64,000 bases of DNA, taken from positions 845,512-909,511 of the forward strand of contig NMRA01000123.1 of the NCBI GenBank assembly GCA_002633005.1, given 5' to 3'. A model generated the notes under the pieces. That model was not told the DNA's origin. It saw only the letters and a program-made list of their open reading frames with translations, and ran no database searches. Source of the DNA: Phoronis australis. Its lineage: Eukaryota > Animalia > Phoronida. A program made the position numbers and the translations under genes. This document shows positions 1 through 12,592 of the stretch, one piece after another; position 1 is the first letter of the stretch, and each line of letters starts with the position of its first letter.

Positions 1-75
1 AATTCTTCATTATTTGTATCGCAAGCGTTAGTCTTTCCTGCATTGTAAATTTCTATTTATTCAGGGTCGTTGAAT

Positions 76-3000
76 ATGACAGTGTCAGCTGTCGATGGTT
101 TCGTTGCTATTTCAATAAACAGTAGACGCGTTTTCCAAGGACGAAAGTTATAATTATCTCTAAAAAAGTAGCCAACTAGCAGTCGTACCTGTGCTAATGC
201 ATGCTGCACTCTGTTAACAGTGTTGGTGTACAACGATTCATTCGAGGTCACTCCAGCCGTAAAAGCTGCCTTCGAGGAAAATGGTTATGTGCTCATCAGG
301 TACGCTTAATATATTAATTAAACTCTACTCGGACATAATCGTTGAGCAAGGTGCAACGACTTTAGCCCCCCCCCTTCCTTTGGAGGGGTTGTAAGGACGA
401 GCACCAATTCTGGTGGGCATTTTGCCTTATCAAGTGCTGTCTCGGTTGGGTATGATTCTGGCGGTGGTAGCACCTCGGGGGAGTAACTGAAAGAAGTGAC
501 GAAGTCACTAGTATAGCTAAGGAGAGCAAACGAACGAAGAGACGGGTGTGGGGGAGAGGAGTGAGACTATTGTCTAGGGTTTTGCATTCGGTTTTACATC
601 GGGGTACCCAGTGCTGTAGTGGGGCGTAGGCGCACGTAGGCGTAGCCCCCGACAACCACCTTTTTGCTTTTTAACGTAGCGCCTACCCACCGTCAAAAAC
701 TTGAGTCAGGGTTCTGCGAGTTCAAAATACCTTTAAAATGCGGCGCTCTAGGCGATACGATGGGATCTGGACGCCTCAGTACTTGCCTATAACTTACCAG
801 TACAGCACTGGGGGTACCGTGTATTTTTTCTCATTTACCCAAAGTCTGATGTTGGTTTGGAAGAGCCTGAGAACCCCCCCCGGGAACGTGAGAATGAATA
901 TGGTTGGCGGAGTAAGACATGAACTTATCCGCTTCCCGAAAAAACACAACACTTGCGCATCAATAGACAGACTGCACACGGCATCTTTTAAGTTGCGCTT
1001 AACTGTGATTATTCTGGTCACGTTAGGGAGCTGTTCGACCAAAATGAAATGACGAAACTTCGCGAGGCTGTAGAAAATGACGACGGCATAGCAAAGTACG
1101 CTTACAAGGTATGTTCTTAGATTTACGTGAATTTAGATTCGTAAGTTCCGTGTTTTGTTGGGGAATATTCAAGAAATACGGACCAGTTGCTACGCACAGT
1201 TTATGTGTCAAGGCACAGTATTCTATACTCCATTCCAGCAATTCCATTTTACCTTTACTGCAATGGATAGTTCCGACGTGTCAGTCAAGCGAAACCAGCC
1301 AATCAGGTCGCAGGGACACACAAATGCAACTATAGTCTGCCATCTTAGTCTCACAAACATTGGTTGTGAACGAAAAATGGTTTACAATGCAATTGGGAGC
1401 ACTTGGAATGCAGATCAAAGGAAAAATGCGTGTTCCCTGCAGATAAAAGCATGTAGTAAACTTCACGATTAGATGAATATGCGCCAGGATAAATCATCAG
1501 ATCTTCGAACATACTCAAGTTCATGCACGATACATCGAGTAAGGGTTTCAGCAATACATATATAAGTTATCGAGAGCCTGTGGAAGAAATTCACCTTGGT
1601 AACGTTTCATAGGTGTATTTTATTTCATTTTATTTCATTTGCCAGTATCTAATGAGAATTAACAATTAAGCGTGGAAGTGTGACAGTGGATGTCAACGTG
1701 ACGTACAAAAACGTCACGCAAGACTCTTACACTAGCTAGACCATCTCGGAGATGACAATACAAAACTTTCAAATGCCGTCCAGTTGTGTAGAAGTAGTTT
1801 CACGCTAATTTTGCGCTATCATACAGCTTGTCGGATCACCTTATCTTGTCGCAGAACATGGGCGTTCAAGGTGAACCTACTATTGCACACACAGTGTCCT
1901 ATGTGTTTGATTAGATCCAGCAGACACTTGTGTGATTGTGACTTATGGTTAGCGTGTCAATGGCACGCTTAATCTATGAATGGTCACAAAAGCTTGGTAT
2001 ATTGGATATACCGCTGTTTCCATGGTGAGTTAACTAGATCCCATTTTGATAATACGGGTCTATATGGCAACAGCTTCATGAAACATTATCAAAACGTATC
2101 TGTAGCGTAAAACGCTTGCAATGGACTTCTACCGTAGTCGCTTGGAGTTTGTGGGTAGCAGTAACTAAGGCGTGGCCTAATAGCTTTATTGGCAACTATC
2201 CACCTGTGTGCGGTATGTGTAAGGACACAAGCCACCCGCTCAACATCCACTTGAACCACTTGCAGTTACACGTGGTCTATATACCGTCTGTCTCAGCTTG
2301 TTCAACATCGTTTCTATAACATCTAGTGGTCTATTTCCACATCATCTAACCTTCACATTGGTACGCCGTTACGGTCGGTCAGTTTTTACCAAAGATACTA
2401 CGTCCCAAGCTTATGTAATTATAAAATCTTTGGTTTCTACGGTCGTTAATAGCGTTCTTCGAAGAACGAGCACGGATATCTGATTCACTCATGATGACCA
2501 CTTGGACTGTTTTTTCTGGTGCATAGGGAGTTGAATCTGGCACCTTCCAGTTGTCAGTAAAGCACTCCAACCACTAGACCACTGAGCTTCAGGAAGCCGA
2601 TAGAAGTGATCTCAGTCCCGACTACAGAGAACTTGTAATCCAGCGCAGAACCACCAAGCAGCCGTTTCCAGCCAAGGGGCTGGTTTTTCGAAACTCGATA
2701 AAATTTAGTAGTATAATTGCCAAAATATCTACCCGTGCGCCATGTGGGTGTTTTAGAAAATTACTTGGTTTCCTTTACCAAAAAGAATATCAGTACCGTC
2801 TACATTTTATTTTTTTTTTGAAGTTGTCCAACCTAAACTTACAATTTGAAAATGGCGCACACGCATTGCCTCATGATTAAAGTTGCCGCCTCATTTAGCA
2901 ACAATTCAGGGGCGGATGAGCATGATAAATTAATGTTTTGAACCCAAAGAGCTTGATTTAGAATTAAACAATAACAACAAAACTGTAACGAAAGCCTCCT

Positions 3001-6000
3001 CATGTATCATCACAATGTGACAGCATATATTGTCACACACGGGCAATTGGGTTCGACAATATGTGCCGAATGCCCAGAACGCCCGGGCGACAATATGTGC
3101 CACAAAACTACGCTTTATATTTATGCGCCGAAGCTGTTGCCAACTTAGGAACTGGATAGTTCTCTGCTCCAACATTAGCTAGAGTATCGGGTTAGTGGAT
3201 TTTTTAAATAAATTTTTGTCTGCAATTCATGTAGGCTTAGTACGGAAAATTTGACTGAACTCTTCATCAAACATTTACCATTCAGTTAACAGAACGCAAT
3301 TTCAGTGCTTGGTGAGCTTCCCAGTGTTTGTTGTGTGAGATGAACATCATCAACCAGGATCGTTTATATTTCCGGTTGATGATGTGGCGACTTATTGCTT
3401 ATGAACAAGTGACGTTGTTTTGTTGATACGTACGCTATTGCAGCTCGATGATGGATGTGGAAAGAAAGTCAGAATGTGCCTATGGAAGTATCCCGGTAAT
3501 GACATCACGGGAATGGTGGCACGTTGCGAGAAAGTGGCCTCTACGTCGGAACAGGTTTTGTAGCGTCAGTTTATTCTTAAATACGTTTACGAGTGCAAAT
3601 TTCCAATAAAACGTGCACGGCGTTTTTTTTTTCCAAAAATGGCGACATCAAATTATGCTGCGACTCACAATTAAAAATCCAAGCACTGTTTGCTGCACGA
3701 GACGATTTGTCGGATACTCGTCGAGCGTAGTAGCACTGAGGTGGTGGTCTCGAACTGACAAAGCTGTTAATTTTGCTACGTATACATGTATCACAGGGCA
3801 CTGAATACTGGGAACTTCAAACACTTTTGAAATTTCAAAATGATAAATTTGTGTAAAACCGTTTACAATTGTTCGTTAAACTATAGTTGAAACGGTTTCC
3901 GTGTAACCCAGAGCAGAAATACGTTACGCAATATTTCCTTACGCTGGGTAGATCTCAGCGCCAACTGACTCGCAGGGTGTAGCCACGGGCGGTCGCCGTT
4001 TCAGTTTTCGTCGTATCACTGTTGTGTCATGATGCCTTCATATTTTAGCTCCTTGGCGGAAGGGTGTCCCATTTCCACACTAAGATGATGATGAAAGACG
4101 CAGCCGTGGGAGGGCAGCACGTGTGGCATCAAGACTACGGGTGAGTGACGTTTCCTTGATCAGAAGGCAAAGACCGGATTTTATTTTTTTATTTGTACGG
4201 TGGCGCGGGGGTCATGCCATGTGTTGGTTGGAAGTGATATAAGGTGCTATCGAGCTGTCTTTATTTGATTAAGACCATTTGCGGCAGTGAAAATGAAAGA
4301 TGTCGTGTTCCCTGCTACAGTTAAATTGGAGATTAAGAATCCCCCGTATCGGATAGGCGTAAAATATCTGCTCATTCAAACGACCCAACCAATCTGTCCC
4401 CTCCAACCCCCGCATCCAACACATGCTTGAATAACGTGACACGTGAACATACATGTTCGTATATAGAAAGGTGCACGAAACAGTAGACGGCAAACATTGG
4501 TGTACTTTGCCAGCCCGAAGGCCTTCAAAAATATTCCTTTTATTGTTCAAATTGCAAACAGCTCTGAAGAACCTTAACATTGACACACCAATCGTAGAAC
4601 TTTCACTTCGTCCATATTAACGGGGCGTAATCGTGGAGATAAACACAAGTAAACTGAGCAATGATTCAACGATTTTAACTCAGACAGTCGAATCTAATTT
4701 ATCGGCGCGAGAAAATAACTTTCGTCAAAGATTTCGATACATGCCCAGAAAATGGAAGTTCGCCTCTTCTGCAATGCCTTCCTTTAGTGACCTCGCACGT
4801 GCAAGGCAGAAATAGTTCGTGACAGCGTTTTCCCGTTCAGTGACTTTACCAGACGTAGGGAGTTCTGAACGTGAGATAACATCTAGCTTCTTTGTTGATT
4901 GCCAAGCACACTCTTTTGTCTGTTATGACAACAAGCAGGCCAATTATCTACCAGGCTTATCACAAACCACGTGTGAACACAGTCAAACTCAGAGTGAATT
5001 GGTGGGATTCGGAAAGAATAGATTGTAACTTCGGTTGCAGTTGGGCGATTTTGGCGATTCAAAAACAAAACATGATCACCATTTGACGAAGATTTCAGAA
5101 ATGCTATTGGTTTATGTTGAAATATGTTATAACTTAACTTTTATTTTTAACAGCACAGCCCAGTCAGGGTAGATACGTTCCTAACTGGAAATTAGAGCAG
5201 TTATCGAACAAAAGAGAGCTGGCCCTCCAACCCTAAATGCCAGAACGGAGTTAATCAGTCGTGTAAGATATTGGCTACAGGGGTAAACTTCCCAACTTGT
5301 TATTGGGCTATAGAATCTAACAAGTTGGGAGCAACGGGGAAACGCCGTAATGTTATCTACATAACTGACACAAACATCACCGTCTGATTTTATTAGAACA
5401 AAATATAAAGGCATTGATACCGGTAATATCAAACAAACGTGTTAACGGCGGATCTACGACTTTGTTTACTAGGGGGAACCAAGTCTCAATAGTCACGCGC
5501 CGGTAAGTTGGCGCTTATTGTGCTGGCGTGACTCCTGAGGGGTTAAACTCCCCTCCTTAGATCCGCCACAGTGTTAGGGCGTGCAATGATTTCCATAATC
5601 AAAATTCCACAGGTACTGGTACGACAATGGATTCCTGAACCCAGACATGTTAACCGTATTCGTATCGCTCGATCCATGCACTACGAGAAACGGGTGTTTA
5701 CAGGTTTGTACGTGACCGTTAAGTGCTTCACTTAGTGAGGGATACAATTTTTGTACGCCCTGTTTTGCATAGTGTTGTGTGGTAAAAGAAAATGCATAGC
5801 TAGTATTCTTGGAATTATTTTGATTGTCATGAGACTTTGGACATTTTAAATTAGGGCTATTCAAATGAGTTTACACTGCAACATATCCAATGCAGTCAGT
5901 TGTCTGTTGACGTCAGACTGTGGTCTGTTGACGTCAGACTGTGGCCTGTTGACGTCAGACAGTGGCCTGTTGACGTCAGACATTGGGCTTAAGGTAGTCA

Positions 6001-9000
6001 CAGACTTTTTGAAATGCTTTTGACCACAACACTTGGAATAAATGCACTCCGACAACTCACTGACAACAGGGGGCAGCACAGGCAAAGCGTCACTATTCAA
6101 CTCGAAGATTCCAACCAATATGGGGTCACCTTTAGACTTTACCTTTTAAGAATGAGTTCTCATCCAAATGGTACTCAAAACTCGCTGGTGTCTTCATCTA
6201 AGTCTTGTGCTTGTTTATCATTGAATATTGATAAATTTATCACATGTGGTTTGAAATTTGCATCCTTAAGGTCTTAAAGAGCTCCCACAAATGTGGCCGT
6301 CTAGATCACGTGTACGTAGGTTCCCAGAGGCAAGCTGAACCCGTGCACGTGAAAGAACTGGAGAAAATACTTCCGTTGGTGAACGTTGAGATGCAGCCTG
6401 GTAGGTTCACTTTCCAGAATTTTTCAAAAGACTATCCACGAGCGTTTCTACCAGTGTTCCACTTCAGTTATCGAGTCGACTAGAAATCCGAATTAATGTA
6501 ATTTTGTATAAGTTGTTTAATTGCCAAGTTCTTGCTTAAGAAAAGTACCTTCTGTGTACATCATTTCTGGATCCACAGCCGATCCAGAAAAAGTATTCAC
6601 TGCATACTGACAAGTATGTCATCACTGTGACTATCGCGCATTAATTACGTCTCAAGTGTTGAATAAATTAAGCTTTTGACGTGATGAGGCAGTCAAGTTT
6701 GCCCAGTGTTTAAGGTTCGGGTTTCTAAGCAATCCTTACTTAACCTACGCTTTACATAATGTACGTACTACTCAGACATGTCTCCGGTGGATCGCGGTGT
6801 CTCGTTAGTTGTCTGTTTATGGTTCAAAGTTCTTGTCATCACACTAAGTTTCTCCGAGTGCGGGTTGGACATTGGGACTTTTATTTCCGTGGAAACCTGA
6901 ATCATTGAGTAATTTGCAAGATGAATTGATTAAATTATTCGATTCCGTTTATGAGCGAGTGACCCTTCAAAGGGGCACCAAAATCAATGATGAATCTAGG
7001 TTTCAGCAAAGGGGGTGTGGGGGGCCACGGTTTTGGAAGAAAAAAGTCCGCGTGAGCTCTGGAAACGGGATGCCGGCGGCGTTCATTTACTGTTCTAAGT
7101 CATACCTGTAGGGGAGGGCCCGGAACCCCTGCCCACCACTGAGTCCGCCTACATTTTTCCCTCAGAAGTCATTTTCTGTCCGAGAGCTAGAACGATATAG
7201 GGTTATTTCTGGGCATTAACACAGCGTCATTTGGAATTGCTTATTATGTCCCCTAGGTGACGCACTCTTCTTCCATTCGAACGTGCTGCACCGGAGCGGA
7301 AGTAACGAAAGTCCCGTCCGACGATGGGCATTTTTATGCGCATTTACACGCATGACCAACCTGCCTGCCTCTGCATTCTGTGATGTGTCTACGTTCTGGG
7401 GGAGTCAGAAGTTCCTTCCAGTTGAAAAGGTAAATGCTTTTGAAATAAGACATTCTTCACCTGCAATAGTTCTTCAAAGTAGGTCTTCCTAACTAAGCCT
7501 GTTCTGCCTAACATTTGACCGCCCTGGGTTTTTGACGCCTACTGGTACGGCAAAACTTTGCTTGCCAATTGGTCCTGTAGTTAAACATCATCATATCGTG
7601 TTTCAGTTTTTACACATCACTATAGGAAGACTTCGGGTATGACCTATAACGTGCGTCTTTAAAGACGAAGACAACCTTTTTCATGTCATTTTTAGAAAAA
7701 AATTTCTTTGATTATCCCAGACATATTTTTCACTTAATTACAGCTTTTCGTAACTTATTTAATTATTCGTTCTCTACCACGGAAGTGACGTTTTGGGAGG
7801 CAAGAATTTCGCGCCAATTTCTGTTCATATAGTCTGACTGTGAGAGTTCACGAGTCAGTCATTGTTCTACCTCGGTTGTGTTGGTTGTTGGTTGCTTTTG
7901 TTTACGTGTCAGTCAACATGCCACACTGTCAATGCGTACCGGGATGTACTCATTATCGCCCAGAGCCTGTAAGCCTGCTGTGATGTTGGTGTATATATAG
8001 ACACTATAAAAGGTTTCAGACAACATTTACTCGAGTCTAGAGGCTAGACAGAGGTGCAGGAGGGAAGGTGACACACACAAATGCGAGCGGTACACTAACC
8101 TACCCCCTGTAGTCATCAAGTTCGCCTCTTTCACCACTCAGTCCCCCCCCCCTCAAGGTCGATACCAATTTTCAACTGCTCTTTCTCCAATCAACACCCA
8201 TTTTACCTCCACTTAAATCCCTTTCCCGTCGACACCAGCTACACCTCCTGAGAACAATTTTATCTCACCCCCCGTTTTGAAACCTTTACTTAGCCGTAGG
8301 AAATTAAACAGAATTAGAGAGGGCGCACAAAGTAATTCGACTTCGCCAAACTTTTGTCTGGTTCCTCCACATCACTACCCCCTTCAACCTTACACTGGTA
8401 CCCCGTAGTCGGTAATTTCGTGCTTAATACAGGTCTAAGAAATAAAGACCCGTTGGTAAAATGAAAACTGACTTAGACCAGGTCTAAACTGGAGTTAAAC
8501 CAGGTTTTACTAGACCACTGGTCTAAAAGCTAAGCCATCTTTATGAAATGCAGATTATCTTTAAACTTGGTCTAAGTCCAGTTTAAAACGAGGTTTAACT
8601 TTAAACCACCTTTATGAAATCGGCTGTAATTGTTATGTGGTTTGGGCCAAATCTGTATTGTACACCTTCCAAACAGCTTGCAACACCCAAATTTATACCT
8701 CTATGGCACAATCATCAATCACTTCCAGTTAGCGTATCGATGCTGTTCATGGAAAAAATTATGCTGACTAAACCTCGATCTAGTCATGACGAAGTCATTA
8801 GTCAGTGACTAGAGGTCTAGTCGCTGACTACATCTCTAATCTGACTAGATAGGCGGATTAAGGGNNNNNNNNNNNNNNNNNNNNNNNNNNNNNNNNNNNN
8901 NNNNNNNNNNNNNNNNNNNNNNNNNNNNNNNNNNNNNNNNNNNNNNNNNNNNNNNNNNNNNNNNNNNNNNNNNNNNNNNNNNNNNNNNNNNNNNNNNNNN

Positions 9001-9636
9001 NGGGGGGGCTCAGACCCCAGATCGCGGCGAAATCGTGTTCCCGTTTTTTTTTAGTCCACCGATAGATTCTCCGAAGGTCCGTCCCAGGTCCCCGCATCTT
9101 CCGGGCCGCCTGTGCACGACGTACAATCGCGCTTGGCCCAATTCTCCTAGGCAACGTGTTGCCCCTCCCCCCTTATGGTATCCTAGAGCCGCCACTGAGT
9201 CATTGACTAGTGCTCTAGTCAGTTCATTTGTATAATTGGAACGTGACTAAACAGCCTGAAATTCTGGTCGGGGACTAGAGCGTTAGTCATTGACTAGGAC
9301 GTTTAATGACTAGAGTACCAGGCTTTTTAGTCATGACTTTAGTCACGTCCCAGTTACGCAAACGAACTGACTAAAATGTGACTAAACTCATCCAAATTTC
9401 TCATGGACAAACTTAATTTAGTCACATTTAGTTATGACTAAAATGAATTTTTACACGAGACTAATACGTGACTAAAACATGACTGTTACCGTAGGGTAAG
9501 GGGATGTTGATCAGTGCATAATTTATGTTCGCAGGTTCCCAACACCGCCGTGGCCGAGTGCACGAACATAACGGACACAAGTGGGAAGGACTTCTTGAAC
9601 CCTGCCGATGACCACTTGGTCAAGTGGGAAAAATAG
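76..9636 (+). CDS. PhyH-family Fe(II)/2-oxoglutarate dioxygenase (L-proline trans-4-hydroxylase-like / ectoine hydroxylase-like), 9 coding exons, 293 aa
   Basis: GT-AG exons with consistent phases: 76-97, 221-299, 1027-1108, 3444-3554, 4049-4140, 5613-5703, 6271-6400, 7257-7429, 9535-9636 (882 nt, stop TAG). Translation: MTVSAVDVLVYNDSFEVTPAVKAAFEENGYVLIRELFDQNEM...CLWKYPGNDITGMVARCEKV...LLGGRVSHFHTKMMMKDAAVGGQHVWHQDYGYWYDNGFLNPDMLTVFVSLDPCTTRNGCLQVLKSSHKCGRLDH...MQPGDALFFHSNVLHRSGSNESPVRRWAF...KWEK. It contains the PhyH hallmarks FEENGY, WHQD (HxD), NGCL, GDALFFH..LHRS (distal His) and the 2OG-binding Arg. Exon 1 (76-97) is the least certain. Confidence 0.93.
609..810. mobile_element. hAT-type MITE with perfect 8-bp TSD
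   Basis: TIRs CAGTGCTGTAGTGG ... CCAGTACAGCACTG, flanked by GGGGTACC at 601-608 and 811-818. A related copy lies in reverse orientation at 35466-35621. Confidence 0.85.
2521..2588 (-). repeat. Degenerate tRNA-like / SINE-head sequence
   Basis: The minus strand reads GCTCAGTGGTCTAGTGGTTGGAGTGC...GGTGCCAGATTCAACTCCC: A-box TGGTCTAGTGG and a degenerate B-box. Confidence 0.35.
5904..5982. repeat. 21-bp minisatellite, about 3.8 copies, each containing TGACGTCA
   Basis: Unit CTGTTGACGTCAGACTGTGGY starting at 5904, 5925, 5946 and 5967. Confidence 0.9.
8775..9496. repeat. Element rich in short GACTA/TAGTC repeats, spanning the assembly gap; probable non-autonomous DNA transposon
   Basis: Many TGACTA/TAGTCA motifs in both orientations on each side of the N run; ends in TTACCGTAGGG. 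Confidence 0.45.
8865..9001. other. Assembly gap (137 N)
   Basis: Run of n flanked by G-rich sequence, in the last intron of the dioxygenase gene. Confidence 0.99.
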
Positions 9637-9699
9637 TGCTCGCTGTGACACTGAGTCATCTTGAAGTCATGTTTGGCTTCTAACAGTTACTTTTGTATA

Positions 9700-9705
9700 A
9701 ATAAA
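9700..9705 (+). promoter_or_regulatory. Candidate polyadenylation signal of the dioxygenase gene
   Basis: AATAAA 63 nt after the TAG stop. Confidence 0.55.
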
Positions 9706-10544
9706 ACCCGACATTTAAAGGATATCCTGGACTTTATGCTAATAGCATTAGACGGTGGTAAGCTGGCGTTTTTCGAGGTCTTCACGAGACAATATTCCGA
9801 TTGTATTTTCGAAAAAGGGGACGAGATTCTTGTTACAATTTTAGATATAATGGGTGCAAGGAATAGCGACAGCAGCTTGGCCCGCTTGCATACTGCTGAG
9901 TTAACTCCAGGTCGCAACTGTCTACACCTGAGTTGCAGCGTCCATTTAACAACACCGCGGCCCTGCACCCACCCCATTCCTTTCGCCATGAACACTAGCT
10001 CAACGGCGCGAAGTTTGGCCGTAAAAATCAGAATTACATTTGTTGCTTTACAAATAGACCGTGCAGGTTCTCCTTCATGTCCAGGCAGACCCCGGCTATT
10101 TTTCTAGGACTCCATCGCTAGTGTATAAATTTGAACTTTGTTGAAAGTTTTTCACACATCTTATAATAACTCGGCTGGATAACCACGGCATGACTGAAAA
10201 TCGTTTAAGAAAAAGCACGGTCACGTACACTCGATAACGGTGTCGAATAAGTTTCATAAACTGAAGATGGCGATGCGTTCATCTATAGTTATCAACTATT
10301 TCCATGGTGACAGGATTTGTTTTTAGTTCAATTTCGTCAGCCCACGCCGGCGACCTGTCCGCTGTACACCAGAGGTATGTTGTTCCGATTTCGGGACAAA
10401 TTTTGACTTAGATGATCAAGTTGATACGTCCGTGCAATATAGATGTGGCCATATTAAGCAGACTAACGCCCGTGCACACGCGCACGTAATTTTTCATAAT
10501 GACTTTTGCGAAGATTTGGACTTCTGAGTGCAAAAACTTCATAC

Positions 10545-10670
10545 CGGGGGCAGATCCAGGATTTTTAAAGGGGGGGGTCGGATTAAGGATTTTTAAAAAG
10601 AGGTCCAAGTCAACAATTTGAAAACTAAAGTCAAGTGAGAAATGGGGTGCAAACTCCTTCGAATCCACCT
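10545..10670. mobile_element. Short GGGGCGGATCC-type MITE-like repeat
   Basis: GGGGCAGATCCAGGATTTTTAAAGGGGGGG...GAATCCACCT. Similar degenerate termini occur at ~5446-5568, ~6990-7150 and ~28561-28632. Confidence 0.45.
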
Positions 10671-12083
10671 ACGCGTATCTTTCTGTGTTTGCATGTTAAC
10701 TTTTATTACATGATGGATCGTTACAAAATTAAAACAAACTAAATTGTATAAATATTTTTTAAATATCAGGATGAGTTAATCTTGCAAGAAAACTGAGTAA
10801 CACAGATTTTTAAAAATACAGCTATGGAAATAAAAACAACAACTTCACACCAAAATCATTTATTTCAAAACGATCCTGAAAATCCCAATTACAAATAAAC
10901 AACTCTACCGAAAGCTCAAATTCATGACTAGCATGTAAGGTTTTAACTGACCGATTAACACTAAACATAGGAAGCTTTCTGAAATAAGTCAGTAAAATCT
11001 AGAAAAAATTCCAGGCCTAAATTGGATCATTGAATTAATATCCCAACTTACTGCTTTTAGATGGCAAAATGGTGGATAACCACTTTAGTCCAAAATACTG
11101 AAACAAGGGCAAAAGTTTGTTTTTAACAAACCACAGATGCCTAAAGCAAAAAAAAATTAAATTGCATTCTGACATCACAGTGTAAGCATCACTTGTTTAA
11201 CTGGCGAAGCAACTTGATCAAACTCCAACAATATTACTGAAATTACCATGCTACAGAGTCTTGCTACCAAGGGAAAACACCAACGATGCTGTAACTTATA
11301 CATTAATCTTAACCAAAGATCTGACTTCCAGCCTGTTATCCTCTAAACTATCAATCACCAAACATGTGACACCACGTGCAAATTAAAGACACCTCGAATA
11401 CATTAACAACAATCTCTTTTTATTTAGAGTAAAAATTCTGCAGTTTGGGCCAGTGAAACAATTTAACTACTTTGCTCAAGGCCAGAGTTTGGACCAAATC
11501 TTAGAAATAGGCACTTCTGGCCAAGCATAATTCAAGAATCATCTAAACGATGAAAAAATTTACCATGTCCGAAATTTTGGGTGAAAGTTTTCTTAGATTC
11601 ATGCCAACCTGCAGAGTTTTATCCCAGTCCCCTTACCATTGTATTACTGGGCTGGAAAGTTTGACAAGATCATGTCAGTCTTTATGAGACATCACCACAC
11701 ATTACAGAAAGCACATGAAAGTTTTAGCCAAACCCTATTGAAGTATCAATTGTTTGCCCTAAGGTTATGAAGGACCCTACACAAATGTCCAAATTTGGCT
11801 GAATTTGCAACATCATGTAACATAGATGGCTAATCGTATTCATATGAAACTTTTAGACACTATGCTTTGTGTACTATTCTCCAAAAACAGGGATTGTTTT
11901 TATAATGTTCCACTTTTGCATGAGGGGCTATCAAAACAGGACTTTAATGTTTTTCACGAAAAAATCAAAAGTTGCATAAAACAAAAATATAACTTAAAAA
12001 CTGTAACAAGGTTTTCGAAATTTCATCCATAATATTTGAACGAAATTTGGTCATGACATAGATATTGTTGATTTGCTATAAAT

Positions 12084-12592
12084 CAGGGCTTGGAATGACC
12101 AATGACAAAAAATGCGGAAACTTTGAAACTTTTACGTCCCAAATCATCGCCCGATAACCAGCCTAGAACTGGTCGATGTGAACCTTTCCCCGACAAAAAT
12201 CGGGCGGACTAAAAAAAAAAAATTGTTACCACCATCAGTAGCATGCGTCTGCGTCCTTTTAGCTCGCCCGTCTACTCCCAACCCACACATTTTTGGCTGC
12301 AGAGCGGTAGTATTTGTCGCCGCGCTTAACAATAACACGAGACGCCATTGAAAATCACACCACTCTACCCCAGATGCCCCGGCAATGTTGACAATTTACG
12401 TTCCTCCGAACATAAAGAGCAACTTCCGCTTTTCGAGGTGAACGTCGTCTGCAACGCCGCGGTAAGAAAGGAATTTGCCGCGGAAATTTTATATCAAATC
12501 CGATTTTTTTACGCGGAAATATTATAAAAATAGCGGAAAGCACATTTGAAAAAAGCGGAAATCCGCGTTTCCGCGGAAAATTCCAAGCCCTG
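12084..12592. mobile_element. MITE with CAGGGCTTGGAAT TIRs
   Basis: Starts CAGGGCTTGGAAT and ends ATTCCAAGCCCTG, flanked by the direct repeat ATAAAT. GC-rich interior with GCGGAAA subterminal repeats. Confidence 0.8.

Noticed and set aside
5861-6118. ORF with SDVNRPQ repeats
   Set aside because: Translation of the 21-bp minisatellite on the antisense strand of an intron.
7918-7950. MPHCQCVPGCT, resembling a THAP-domain start
   Set aside because: Only 11 codons with no continuation; at most a transposon relic.
8858-9235. ORFs overlapping or abutting the N run
   Set aside because: Artefacts of the gap and GC-rich repeat sequence within an intron; no recognisable protein.
9661-10107. 148-aa + strand ORF and overlapping 102-aa - strand ORF
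   Set aside because: Non-ATG starts, overlap with the dioxygenase 3' UTR and polyA signal, no motifs or convincing splice context.
10262-10380. YY1-like AAGATGGCG followed by a GTATGT donor-like site
   Set aside because: The reading frame closes quickly and I found no downstream + strand exons; not enough to call a promoter or first exon.
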